Below are positions 38,678-49,620 of a stretch of 64,000 nt of DNA, piece after piece. Positions within the stretch are counted from its first letter, which is position 1. Each line of letters starts with the position of its first letter. The notes under the pieces are model-generated. The model had not been told where the DNA came from. It did not search any database and worked only from the letters and a program-made list of their open reading frames with translations. The translations under genes were made by a program, and so were the position numbers. Source of the DNA: Mytilus trossulus. Taxonomy: Eukaryota. The stretch lies in NCBI RefSeq assembly GCF_036588685.1, contig NC_086380.1, positions 46,128,001-46,192,000 on the forward strand. The letters are read 5' to 3'.

Positions 38678-39623
38678 GGTACGTGAACAGTTTTTTCTCA
38701 GTTAATAAAAATTCTTTAAATGGAAGAGTGTGATATACATGTGGGGAAGACATTTCGTAGTTAGTTTTGAACAAAAACTATCAGTCGATTAATTTTATAC
38801 AATTATATATAAAAAAAAAACCTCGGGAGTCAATTGCAGTTGCAGAGAAGAGAAGAACGGGAAAATAAATAAATAAAAAGGATTTAAAGTTTAACAGATT
38901 TAAATTGTAATGTGTATCAAATGTCAGAAAACCTCAGTTCACGATAAGGACTCTTTGTCCTGTGATTGTTGTTAGGACTGGCAACACTTGAAATGTGCAG
39001 GGTTCGGAAAAATGTGCCAAAACAATCCTATTGGATATGATGGTAAAATTTGTTCCAAATCTTAATTAGTTACATGAATCTTTTAAAATTGGTTTATTTT
39101 GACACTATTACTTGCTTCTTTAATTCTTATATAGACATCCAAGCTTTAATTTTAGTAGTATAAGATATTTCAAAATTTCAGTTTCTGTTTTACATTTTAC
39201 TAAAATCTCATATGGGTATTTTTAAAATTCAGATATATATAATTCTTTAAATTCTTTTCATTTACAGGGACTGTACAGTTTCATTTACCATCAGTGTGCA
39301 TTTAATTTGCAATGTATTATTACCTGATAAATACAATTTGAATTATATTTTTCATACTCTTCACTCGTTCTACACGAAATCGATAATCGAAATCCACATA
39401 TCATCGATAATTTCCGTTTATATTTCACGTTTCATTCCCGATCCGATAGCATTTTATTATAAAAACGGATGTTGGTACGCGTAGCCTACGATCGACTTTT
39501 TGACTATTCGAAAAAACCGACCGTACCCGCATGCGGATACGCGCAGACACTGCCATGTTTTAAACTTGATTATAAACCATCAATTTTGCATACCAATATT
39601 TTTATGCTCTTTGTCCATTTCAG

Positions 39624-41552
39624 ATAGATTCCCAAACTATCATTCACATGTCAGAAGAGGAATTGACAAAGTTTGTGCCGCTGTATGGGGATCGCAAAGC
39701 AATAATAGCGTTTAGCAGGGACAGAAAAGACACGTCTTGTGAAAAGAAAAAGAAGACAAAGACGTCGTTAATGAAAAAACTTCGGGCAAAAGTGAATGCA
39801 ATAAAGGGAGGGGCCTCTTATAGTAGTGGAGATGAGGATGAGGATGAAAAAGAGGTACGTAGTTCTTTGAGTAAGAAACTGAAAGGCAACAAGAACGCAG
39901 AAAAAAAGAAACGTCTTGTGGATCTAAGCTGTTTCCATAATGACGGTGATGCATATCATCAGATACGAGGAAACAAGGGCGGTGGCCCTAAGTCGTTTGA
40001 CATGGAAAAATTTGATACGATGGGACAAGTATTAGACCTTGCCAAACAGCTGTATTTTCCAAATGGACACAACGCAGTGAGAGGTAAAATCACGGAATAT
40101 GAGATAAAATTAACTGACACATATTTTCAAAACATCGACTTACAGTCTACCGTGGAGTCCTGTTATAATCGTTTAAAGATGAGACAATTGAGGTTCAACT
40201 TCTGCACAGAAGGCACTACTAGTACAATTGAGAGTGACGAGTTGCCACCTTTATCAATTCCAAAGAATAGGAATGCAACTGCTCAGAGTGGAGTTATTGA
40301 AGTAATGGAAATTATTGACTTGCCTCCAACCTGTTTAAGCAAACCTGAAAAATCAAATGACATTTTTGTCACTAATGATTTTTATAATGCAGAACTTCCG
40401 GATATCCAAACAAACTTTGATATTGCTGATTTTTCGTTCGACGGTGATATTGCATTTGGTCCTAATGTACGGGCAAGCAATGTAAGCTTAGACTCGACAT
40501 TACCATTAGAGAGTGGAAGTGGTGATACTTTGGACAGACCATTAGAATTTGGAAATGCTGGTACAGTGGAGAGAAAAATTATTCGTATACATAGGGCTTC
40601 AGCTTTAATGGATATGATAATTCATTTTAAAGATCCAAACATCATGACTGTAGACATTGATGCCATCATGGTATTAGACAATGGTAAGGAAGAAGCCGGA
40701 GAAGGAGATGGTGTTTTCAGAGATTGTATAACCCAGTTTTGGGATGAATTCTATGAACAATGCACAGAGGGTCGTATTTTCAAGGTACCTGTACTTAGGC
40801 ATGATTTCCAAAAGGAGGAATGGAAAGCTGTTAGTAGAATAATAAGAAAGGGGTTTGAAGTCAGTGGTTACTGGCCCATTTCAATTATGCCTGCTATATT
40901 CGAAGAGTGCATTCATGGAAGCATTGAATCAAGTCTGATTGAATTGTTTTCAGATTACTTACCTGAAATGGAAAGTCAGATTGTTAAAAAAGCTATTTCC
41001 AATTTCAATGATGTGGATCAAGATGACTTCCTTGAATTCCTTGATAGTCATTCTTGTAGAAAATTGGTGAATTCTGAAAATGTCCTGCCAATTATTGGAG
41101 AGTTGGCACATAAAGAGTTGATTCAACAACCACGCTACGTGATCGAATGTTTCCGTTCAGAATTACGACAGTTACAAGTCACTCCAGGCAAACTACAACA
41201 AATTTATCAAGAAATGAAACCAACATCTAAGGAAATTTTGAAATCCTTGAGTGTACCGGAAAACATGAAAGAAGCGGAAAGGCTATGTGCAGGCTTTTTA
41301 AAAAGATATATCAAAGATCTAGATGGAGAAAAACAAAAGGCTTTCTTGAGGTTCTGCACAGGTTCAGATGTCCTGCTGGGAATGAAAATAACGATTGAGT
41401 TTTTTGAATCTAAAGGGTTCACACGGTCACCAATAGCTCATACATGTGGGCGAGTATTACAAATTCCATCAACTTATGACACATATCCTTCTTTTAGGTC
41501 TGAGTTCAATTATCTGTTGAACAGTAAGGTTTGGGTAATGGACACAGTTTAG
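39624..41552 (+). CDS. Transposon-borne SAM-HECT E3 ubiquitin ligase (G2E3-like HECT), coding exon 2
   Basis: TTTCAG acceptor 24 nt upstream of the 634-aa ORF and in frame; HECT motifs EAGEGDGVFRD..FW..F, FLRFCTGS and catalytic PIAHTCG..L.IP; spliced product 669 aa. Confidence 0.88.
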   Translation: MDSQTIIHMSEEELTKFVPLYGDRKAIIAFSRDRKDTSCEKKKKTKTSLMKKLRAKVNAIKGGASYSSGDEDEDEKEVRSSLSKKLKGNKNAEKKKRLVDLSCFHNDGDAYHQIRGNKGGGPKSFDMEKFDTMGQVLDLAKQLYFPNGHNAVRGKITEYEIKLTDTYFQNIDLQSTVESCYNRLKMRQLRFNFCTEGTTSTIESDELPPLSIPKNRNATAQSGVIEVMEIIDLPPTCLSKPEKSNDIFVTNDFYNAELPDIQTNFDIADFSFDGDIAFGPNVRASNVSLDSTLPLESGSGDTLDRPLEFGNAGTVERKIIRIHRASALMDMIIHFKDPNIMTVDIDAIMVLDNGKEEAGEGDGVFRDCITQFWDEFYEQCTEGRIFKVPVLRHDFQKEEWKAVSRIIRKGFEVSGYWPISIMPAIFEECIHGSIESSLIELFSDYLPEMESQIVKKAISNFNDVDQDDFLEFLDSHSCRKLVNSENVLPIIGELAHKELIQQPRYVIECFRSELRQLQVTPGKLQQIYQEMKPTSKEILKSLSVPENMKEAERLCAGFLKRYIKDLDGEKQKAFLRFCTGSDVLLGMKITIEFFESKGFTRSPIAHTCGRVLQIPSTYDTYPSFRSEFNYLLNSKVWVMDTV

Positions 41553-42504
41553 AGTTCATATAGTGTAATAGTGCTGGCATTCCAGGATGTTCCGATGAAA
41601 ATGGACATTAACTCAATGTATGAGTACAGTTCTAAATGATTCAAGTATTCTTTGTTTAATAATTCATGTTTAAAGGAGGTTGTGTAATGATTTTGTGTAA
41701 TGATTTTATGTCGTGAGTTCGGCAGAGGGAGTTTTTTTCAAGTTTTTTTTTTTAAGTGTTCACAGTGTTGAACAGAAAAGCATTTCAGATTTATGTGAAC
41801 AATTTGTTCTGTGTTTGTTTATGTCCATTACCCAAACCTTACTGTTCAACAGTTTTGAGAGAAACACAAGCTGCATTAAAGTTTTGCCATAAAGGCAAGC
41901 CACTTGATTTTATTGTATTATTGTCAATATTGTTATGTTAAAATGATTTCAGTCAAATAGCAGTAGGTATTACTTTTTATTTACCTTGTCATTAACTATT
42001 TTGTTGTTTTATTTCAATTACAAGTTTCAGTGAATCTATTTCATTTAATTGTTAATTCCTCTTGCCATTAACGATTTTTTTCTCACTTTCTTCGGTCTTT
42101 GTTTCCCATTATTTTGATTCATGCGTAATCCTAAACATTTTTGAAGATCTTTTCTTACGCTTTAAGATTGATTTGGATCAAACTTGTAAATAATTATCCT
42201 CAGTTTATAATAGAAGAAAAGTATAATATACATAGTTATATCACAATATTGTATTGTTATCAGGCAAAAAATAGATAAATTTTCATCGATAAAATGATTT
42301 CCTTCTTATGCCTTTTCAGACCTGATTGGCGACCATTACTGAAATAAAATGTTCATCAGAATACACCATGTATCGTAAAAATTGATAGGAGCTATTTAAT
42401 TCAGGTCTTCGATTGAAATTTTGCTTAGATCAAATGTTTTAAAAGATGTTATTCGATAGTGGACATGACTTTGATACTTTATTGAAAAACATAGAATATA
42501 AAAA

Positions 42505-42676
42505 AGAAGATGGGGTATGATTGCCAATGAGACAACTATCCACAAAAGACCAAAATGACACAAACATTAACAACTTCAGGTCACCATACGGCCTTCAACA
42601 ATGAGCAAAGCCCATACCGCATAGTCAGCTATAAAAGGCCCCGATAAGACCATGTAAAACAATTCAAACGAGAAAG
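42505..42676 (-). repeat. Abundant SINE-like repeat (related copies ~12135-12340, 23580-23660, 30620-30685, 49968-50160, 56980-57280)
   Basis: Shared GGTATGATTGCCAATGAGACAACT and CATACCGCATAGTCAGCTATAAAAGGCCC segments. Confidence 0.7.
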
Positions 42677-43313
42677 ACTAAAGTTAGTGTTCATTTAGTG
42701 TATTTAAGAGCTTCCAAATGAGATAAAAATAAATCTCTCCTTAATTAAGAAGAATTCCTAGCGTAAAGCTTCCTAGCTTAAAACGTATAGTGATATACCT
42801 GTATCAACTTGATGAAGTTGCAAAGTTGTGATGCACAATTAACTGGTTACTATCAGAAGATTGGAAGTTATACAAACCCTATCGCTTTTTTATGTTGGTT
42901 TAGACAAAGCTTCTTTATGTTGGTTTAGACAGAGATTGTCATTGTTTACATGTATGGTAGAATAAATATATGTCTCTCGTTTAGGGGTACGAAGGGGGAC
43001 CTTCTTCTGTCATAGGTTTCCTCCTCCTTCTTTCCAATAATTGACCTTTTACAATTAACACTGGTTAGAGGCAACCTAAATTCGACCCATTTCTTCTTTT
43101 TATTTTAAGCTTATTTGCGTAGTGCTGTCCTTTGTTTGGTGTCTTGCTTTATTGTTACCAGTTGTGTTTTTGTTCCCGGTTTACTTTTGACACTTTGGTT
43201 TTCGCGTACTTCTTTACAATATCTGTTACAAGAAAATCTTTGGTATCGAGCCTTTCAATTTATCAGACAACAAAGACGCATTGCTTCATTTTTAGAAACG
43301 ACATCAACTGGTA

Positions 43314-43479
43314 CAGTGAAACCTGGTTAAACCGAATCCTGTATAACCGAAAACCTGTATTAACCAAACATGCTCTTAAGCTCTATCGTATCAAATTGTA
43401 TGCGTTAAGAACCTGACATCAACCAAAACCGAACCACATATTAAGTCCCGAAGAGGTTCTTTTTAAACAGGTTTCACTG
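43314..43479. mobile_element. Tc1/mariner(pogo)-like MITE
   Basis: TIR CAGTGAAACCTG / CAGGTTTCACTG; TA on the left flank, TT on the right. Confidence 0.65.
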
Positions 43480-45883
43480 TTCTAAGAATTATGTATTTAC
43501 AGCACAACACAGAAAGGGTTAAACAGATTACCCCTTTGGAAAGGGCACCTGGCCTAAAAGGTCCAGAGAGCTTTGCTATCACTTCAGTATGTGTCGTCGT
43601 CCGTTGTTACCGTTTCTGAGATATCTGCAAGTTTAATAGGTACTTCTAGTAATGTGGCATTGCTGTGTACTAAAAGTTGCATTACTTCTAGTTTGAAGAC
43701 TATGTTGAGGCCCTGCTCCTAGGGCATGATCCAGCGACTTTGAATGAACTACATTTTGCAAGTTACTTTTTCTGCTAACAGTAAAGGTAAAGGTAATATG
43801 TTTGGCTAGCTGAACCGTGAAGTCATTATGTTAGATATATCATCCTTCTTTCTGAGTAGTCTAGTCCTACAGACGGATAAATTGGTTTTTTGTCGGACTA
43901 GTCGTTTAAGTAAACTTAACTTAATGATGACTTAACGGTTCAGCTAGCAATCAAGCTAACCAAATACAAGTATATAACTTACACACTCGAATGTTTTGCT
44001 GTTAGTTAGTTTGATAGAAACTACTAAGATTTGCTATCAAGTTACAACATCACGGTTTGTACATCTCAATTTTTTTAACAGTTTGAGGCTCGAGATTATA
44101 GTCTAGTGACTTTGAATTAATAAGCAATAATCCTGTTCATCAGATTGGTGTTTTTTTTTCGAAACATATATCAGTGTCAACAATTTACATTTAACGTCGA
44201 GATTGAGCTGATGACCAAATATACAATAATTCCAGGCAGAAGTTTAACGGAAGGAGAAGGTGAATGTAATATAGCCACATATTGAGGAAAAAACTACAAA
44301 ATTACGTTTAATGGTCTGTCAATTAATGATTAATCCTCAAAATCAATCACAACCTTCGGTTTCTTTTTAATATGGAACCTTGTATAATATCATAAAAATG
44401 CATAGACTAATACAAAAGTTATTGCCCGGATACCAGAAATTCCTTTTTGTTGACCCCTATTACCTAAACTGTTTGGACCATAACCCCCGAATACAGTCCC
44501 ATCTGGTTAGTATTGCCGAACTGATGGTACAAATTAATACAAATCCATACACTTATATATACTCAAGTTTGACTACATTACATTCGCCTTCTCCGTCCGC
44601 TGCCCCGCAAATATTACCGTTACACTTTTCCATGAAACTTCTGTATGAAATTACTATAGGTCATGGGGATTTTCACATTCAACCTTTTATAGTAATATTC
44701 TTTACAAAGCACAAAAATGTCGGCATTAACCTTAAAAGCTATCAAAACCTGTAAACAAGACTTTTTCTATTTTTCTATAGTACAGTTACGATACTGTTGT
44801 CGGGTAATTATGGATGGTATATTTTGGCTTTGCTATTCTTTCACTTATAGGGTCTTTGCATTGGAAATAAACAGTTATGTTCTTAAGCCAGCTTTTGACC
44901 TGCTACGGGTTGTGTTCTTCTTAAATATTTTATGATGGTATGATACTAAACAAAAAAAAGGGAAGAATTGAGCTTGATATTCATTTGGTGAAAACATAAT
45001 CTTTCAATCATTTTAATTGAGGTCTAGAGCTGGCATGTCAGTAACTGCTAGTAGTCATTTATGTATAATTGTTATTTTGTTTTCTGCTCTTTGGCCAGGT
45101 TATTGTCTCTTTGTCAGATTCCCCATTTCCATTCTCAGTTTTATCAAGATATAGCCTGGGAATCCAAATGAATTCGGACGACTATGACGACATGGTCGTT
45201 ACATTAAGTCAATTAATGACTTAAATTGTAAATTCATCCCTTATTGGAGTAATTGTCATTAACAGATGCTGTTTACCGAATGTTGCGGTTTTTTGGGGGC
45301 AAAAACTGTGATGATTGTAATCATAAAACGGCATGTCGCATAGTAAGAGTATTACTAGTAATTCTATTCTTTAATACTTTGAGCAAATGATGCTCATCAG
45401 TACAATGTGCTTTAGGTATCATATATCACAGCATCACTGATGAAAGATATACACACCTAAAATTACGGGTCTTATCTTAATAAAAAAAATACTATTCCGG
45501 CTTCTTGTAATTTCAATTGACAAATATCACGAAGATGTCTAAACAATACTTAATTCAGGAAATGAGAAAAAAAATCGAAAGCTTGTAGTCAATTTCATAT
45601 TATAATACTGTTGATTTTGGAATTTGGTAAAACTTTAATACATTCTTTTCGGTGTCGGGTACGTCATGTGATGTGGTATATAATCTTAATCCGTGTCACC
45701 AGATGACCCCATTTTTTTTCATGTTCTATGCTATTGCATGGAACGTTGCCTCATTGACGCATGCCAAATAATCCGATTGTCTGTTCATGCTAAAACATTT
45801 TTCAAGTTGTATATGTTTAATGTAGAGAGATTTATTTTAGTAAATTTATAAATAAATATAATATTAATAAAACCAATATTGAA

Positions 45884-46204
45884 TTATAAATTTTGTTTTA
45901 TTATATCCCTCATTTGTAAATAAAGTGTGGCTCTGTCATAGGGATCTCTTGTTTTTGTCCAGCTGTTTTCCTCCATTAATATGTCAGCCAGGTCCAAAAT
46001 GTCATTGTCACAGTCTGAATCGTCGAAGTCACACTCCTCGGCACAAGCATTTAGTTCGACATTGTCCAAAGGTAGTGAATAATCCTCGGTGCCTTTCAAG
46101 AAAGGTGCCTGGTATAAGACCATTGGACGCCCGTTTATGTCGCAATGCTTCGATTTGCGAATTCGGTGTGCATTCCATGTTTCAACGACATTTTCAAGCT
46201 CTTT
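45884..46204 (-). CDS. IS3EU transposase, exon 2
   Basis: TTTCAG acceptor; KELENVVETWNAHRIR...GRPMVLY... to stop; phase 0 with exon 1. Confidence 0.85.
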   Translation of the reverse strand, partial: KELENVVETWNAHRIRKSKHCDINGRPMVLYQAPFLKGTEDYSLPLDNVELNACAEECDFDDSDCDNDILDLADILMEENSWTKTRDPYDRATLYLQMRDIIKQNL

Positions 46205-47209
46205 CTGAAATAGAAATAACTTGATAAAAGTGGTGTTAAAATGCATTCTCTTCGATTAAAATCTAATTTGTTTAATGAAGACACGTGCAGTTAATAGAGA
46301 CACATCTGGATGTAACTTGATGAAAAAGAAATAAATTACAGAAATAGCAATTGCGGATTTTATGATCGCCAAAAAATGTGTGGTCGTTTTGGTAGTACTT
46401 TGAGGCGTTTTTTTCTACATGGCACCGTGAAGTAACTGTATTTCTTCTTCACGGACCTACCTGAAATTATATCAGAATGCATTTATTTTGTTTGTATGAC
46501 GATTTTGGGATTAATGAAATTAGTGGGATTATTTTCTAATAAGTAGATGTGTATGTTGTTATGACGCGTCATGCGCTTCTTGAAAAATTCCAATGTCATC
46601 TAAGATTACAATCATTGAGTTCCTTAACTTGTTTGCACACAAGTTACCCACAGTCAGACGCCAAAGACTGTCTTATAGATAGGTGTTTTTTTCTGGCATG
46701 GAACCTTTTTTTCATGAAATTTACGTTTGCCTTTTTTTCTATTCATTTCACAATAACTTTTAAGCAAGTAGATTTAAGCTCGCGCTATATCTTTTTTTGC
46801 GAGATAAAAAGGGGATTGGGGTAAATTAGAACAATGCTGTTTATAATTTGAGAACTTATAGTTAAAGTCAGATTTAGATGGGATTATTTTTTGCGATAAG
46901 AATCCTTATGAAATTCCTGTTTAAATTTCATTTAACCGTTCTAACATAGCTTTTTTTTGTTTGTTTCAGAGATAAAAGGGTCAAAAGATAATTACAAGGG
47001 CCAGTGGTTGCAAATTTTTGGAAGAAAACATTGCCAGTTTAAGTCTTTATGTCTTTACGACTTTTTTTTATATAAAATGTCTCTTTCAAGTACGTTTTTA
47101 TACTGAAACATATAACATGTTAAACGTTTATCAAATTAAGCGTTTGGAATAGTTCTTCGTTGTTTCGTTTTGATTTAAGATGATATTTATATATCATATT
47201 CTATCTTAC

Positions 47210-48040
47210 TCTGATAATATCCATGAAAAAATATTGTATCAGACTTTTATCGATGAAGTCGCCTGTGAAGTAGCCGTCTTGCTTCATCTGTTCAAAGAAT
47301 TCCATCCAAAATTGTACACATTCTTTTCTAAGTATTCCCCACCAGCTCTCTATACGTTGATTGTGTTGACTTGTTCCATAGAGAAAAGCTGTTCTGCTTC
47401 CGGGACCATTCCTCCTTAAGAATGACTGCATTTCAGCAATATAACTGTTTTCGGTTCCCATGTCTGATCGTATTGAATGTGGTACCCTTTCTAAAGAAGT
47501 CAAAGCTTCTACATAAAATCCCGCTACAATTCGTGGGTTATTATTGCTTCTACCAACACGTAACCAAATTATAAACCTTGAAAACCCATCTATACATCCG
47601 TTGACACAAATTCCATACGGTTTTAACTTATCATATGAGTCAAGGTGCCATATGTAGTTGGGACCCTTGGATCTATAGTGCCTTCTTTTTAGTTTGCGCT
47701 TAACTCTCGCAGCAACGCCAGAAGGATCCAATATGCCTAATAGGATTCTTACCATCTCCTTTTGGACAATAAAACCATTCTGTAAGCATCTCGAATGCAT
47801 CCAACGGTATCCATGGAGACAACCAGATGACTTTAGTTGTTCGAAGATAAACATAGCAACTTGGAAAATATCCGAAAAATTCTTTCGTCTGTACAATCCA
47901 TACGAAGCTAAGCGTCTTTTCAAAGTTCTCATAGATAAAATAACATTATGTCTTTGAGCCAACAAACCAATAATTTCTTCATATTGCAAACCTAGGCTAA
48001 AGTAGGTTGAAATAATGATAGCTAAATCATTTGTGGTCAT
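47210..48040 (-). CDS. IS3EU DDE transposase, exon 1 (helical N-terminus and integrase core)
   Basis: ATG at 48040; GPNYIWHLDSYDKLKPYG..GCIDGFSR, RSDMGTEN and HNQRIESWW give the D-D-E triad; donor AGA|GTAAGA; spliced product 383 aa with no stops. Confidence 0.9.
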
Positions 48041-48894
48041 GATTATTTGATCTGACACCTGTAATAAAGTAAGCTGTTTAAAATGTGACTACTTCAATTC
48101 AAAGATTTGTAAACTAGTATTACTATCGAGCATCGTGGGTCGAATGTTAATCCTAAATGAGTATAATTGATCACAGTGACTAATGACTGGCGATAAGTAT
48201 CGCTAAAGAAACGAAACTTTGATGTGTCGTCATAGTAATAATCTATTTGTTACGGGTGTGGACCCCCCTTTTTAAAATGTCTGAATCCGCCCCTAGGATA
48301 AAATTTGGTATCAATGCCAGACGGCCGTTTCGTCTAAATTGTGGCTAGTTTATACAGCCATAACTAACATGACTAAGGCCATAAACATAGTATTGACTAG
48401 TTTTGGTACTCGATGAACATCGTTTCAATATCCTCTCAGTGACGTCGATGGTAATAAGATATACCGCCTATCTAATACACCAAAATGTTAAATGTTTATA
48501 TGTATCAAGTTAAGCAGCAAATAAGGAACGGTGTAATATGATACCCGTAGCCCATTCACGACACAATAATTTACACGACAGAAATAACATAACTTGAGTG
48601 TCAGTGCATTAAAACAAACTAAGTGTACCCCGGGGGGCCCTCTTACGAACAAATAACCCGTTTACATTGGAATTCATAAAAAAGGAATAAGAATTATAAG
48701 TTTCTTATTGAATAGTAACTTCGTTTTACACACTGTTCCTAATTACTTTTCTCTGAATTAATACAGTCAGTAAAATTCTACCTATGTTAAAAATTACCTT
48801 AATTTATAGAATGTTTGTCCGGCAGGATCGCCTTCCATAAAGCATAGTGTGCCCATGCTATAAACACGTGTAACTATTGATTACAATATACTAA

Positions 48895-49180
48895 CTACGA
48901 GTTACTAACTTGTGCGCGCAAGTTACTATCTTGTGCGCACAAGTTGGTAACTCGTGCGCACAAGTTGTGTAACTCGTGCGCACAAGTTGTGTAACTTGTG
49001 CGCACAAGATAGTAACTTGCGCGCACAAGTTAGTAACTCGTGCGCGCAAGTTTGTAACTCGTGCGCGCAAGTTATGTAACTTGTGCGCACAAGATAGTAA
49101 CTCGTGCGCGCAAGTTGTGTAACTCGTGCGCACAAGATAGTAACTTGTGCGCGCAAGTTGGTAACTTGTGCGCACAAGTT
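48895..49180 (-). repeat. Right subterminal palindrome array of the IS3EU element
   Basis: Reverse-complement counterpart of 33058-33400 with different unit order and number. Confidence 0.92.
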
Positions 49181-49292
49181 GAATTTTTTTTTTTGCATGG
49201 CACTCCAGGGCTTCCGTATTAATGTATGGAAAACTCTAGAGATAATCATTTCCCGCCAAATTTTCAATTGCTTATATCTTTTAAACAAACAC

Positions 49293-49326
<34 letters not shown>

Positions 49327-49620
49327 GTTCCCTTATTTTCTGACTTCCAATTTTTAAATCAGTCTTTTAAAAAGCTTGTTATTTTGAATCAGAGTAGCGA
49401 ACATCCTTACTACCGAAGGTCTGGCTACAGATAATACAATTGGAGTTACAGTCTACTGGCTAGAAGAAGTTTTGTATATATTCATCCTCGGTACTACGGG
49501 AAAATTATTTTAAAAATGCCTTACGAGGAATAAGTGTGACCGTGAGCATCAAACATTTAAAATGATTTCTTTAGGAAGTATTATATTTAACGACTTGTTT
49601 CGTTTATTTGACATTTATAG

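Larger units (their letters stand above)
37530..39554. mobile_element. MULE-like non-autonomous element in the HECT gene intron
   Basis: TIR GCAGTGTCTGTGCGTA..GCATGC / GCATGCGGATACGCGCAGACACTGC, continued by 38117-38190 vs 39420-39492; 9-bp TSD ATGTTTTAA (37521-37529, 39555-39563). Confidence 0.8.
33021..49218. mobile_element. IS3EU-type DNA transposon (16.2 kb) with transposase and SAM-HECT ligase genes
   Basis: TIR TACGGAAGCCCTGGAGTGCCATGC-A(n)-TTCAACTTGTGCGCACAAG at both ends; TAC...GTA termini; near-perfect 6-bp TSD TAAATG/TTAATG; IS3/IS481-like DDE gene inside. Confidence 0.88.

Noticed and set aside
49225-49275. TATGGAAAACTCTAGAG next to the IS3EU right end, weakly resembling the TIR start and duplicated near 50165
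   Set aside because: Similarity is too short and the sequence recurs as part of another local repeat; it cannot support a target-preference claim.
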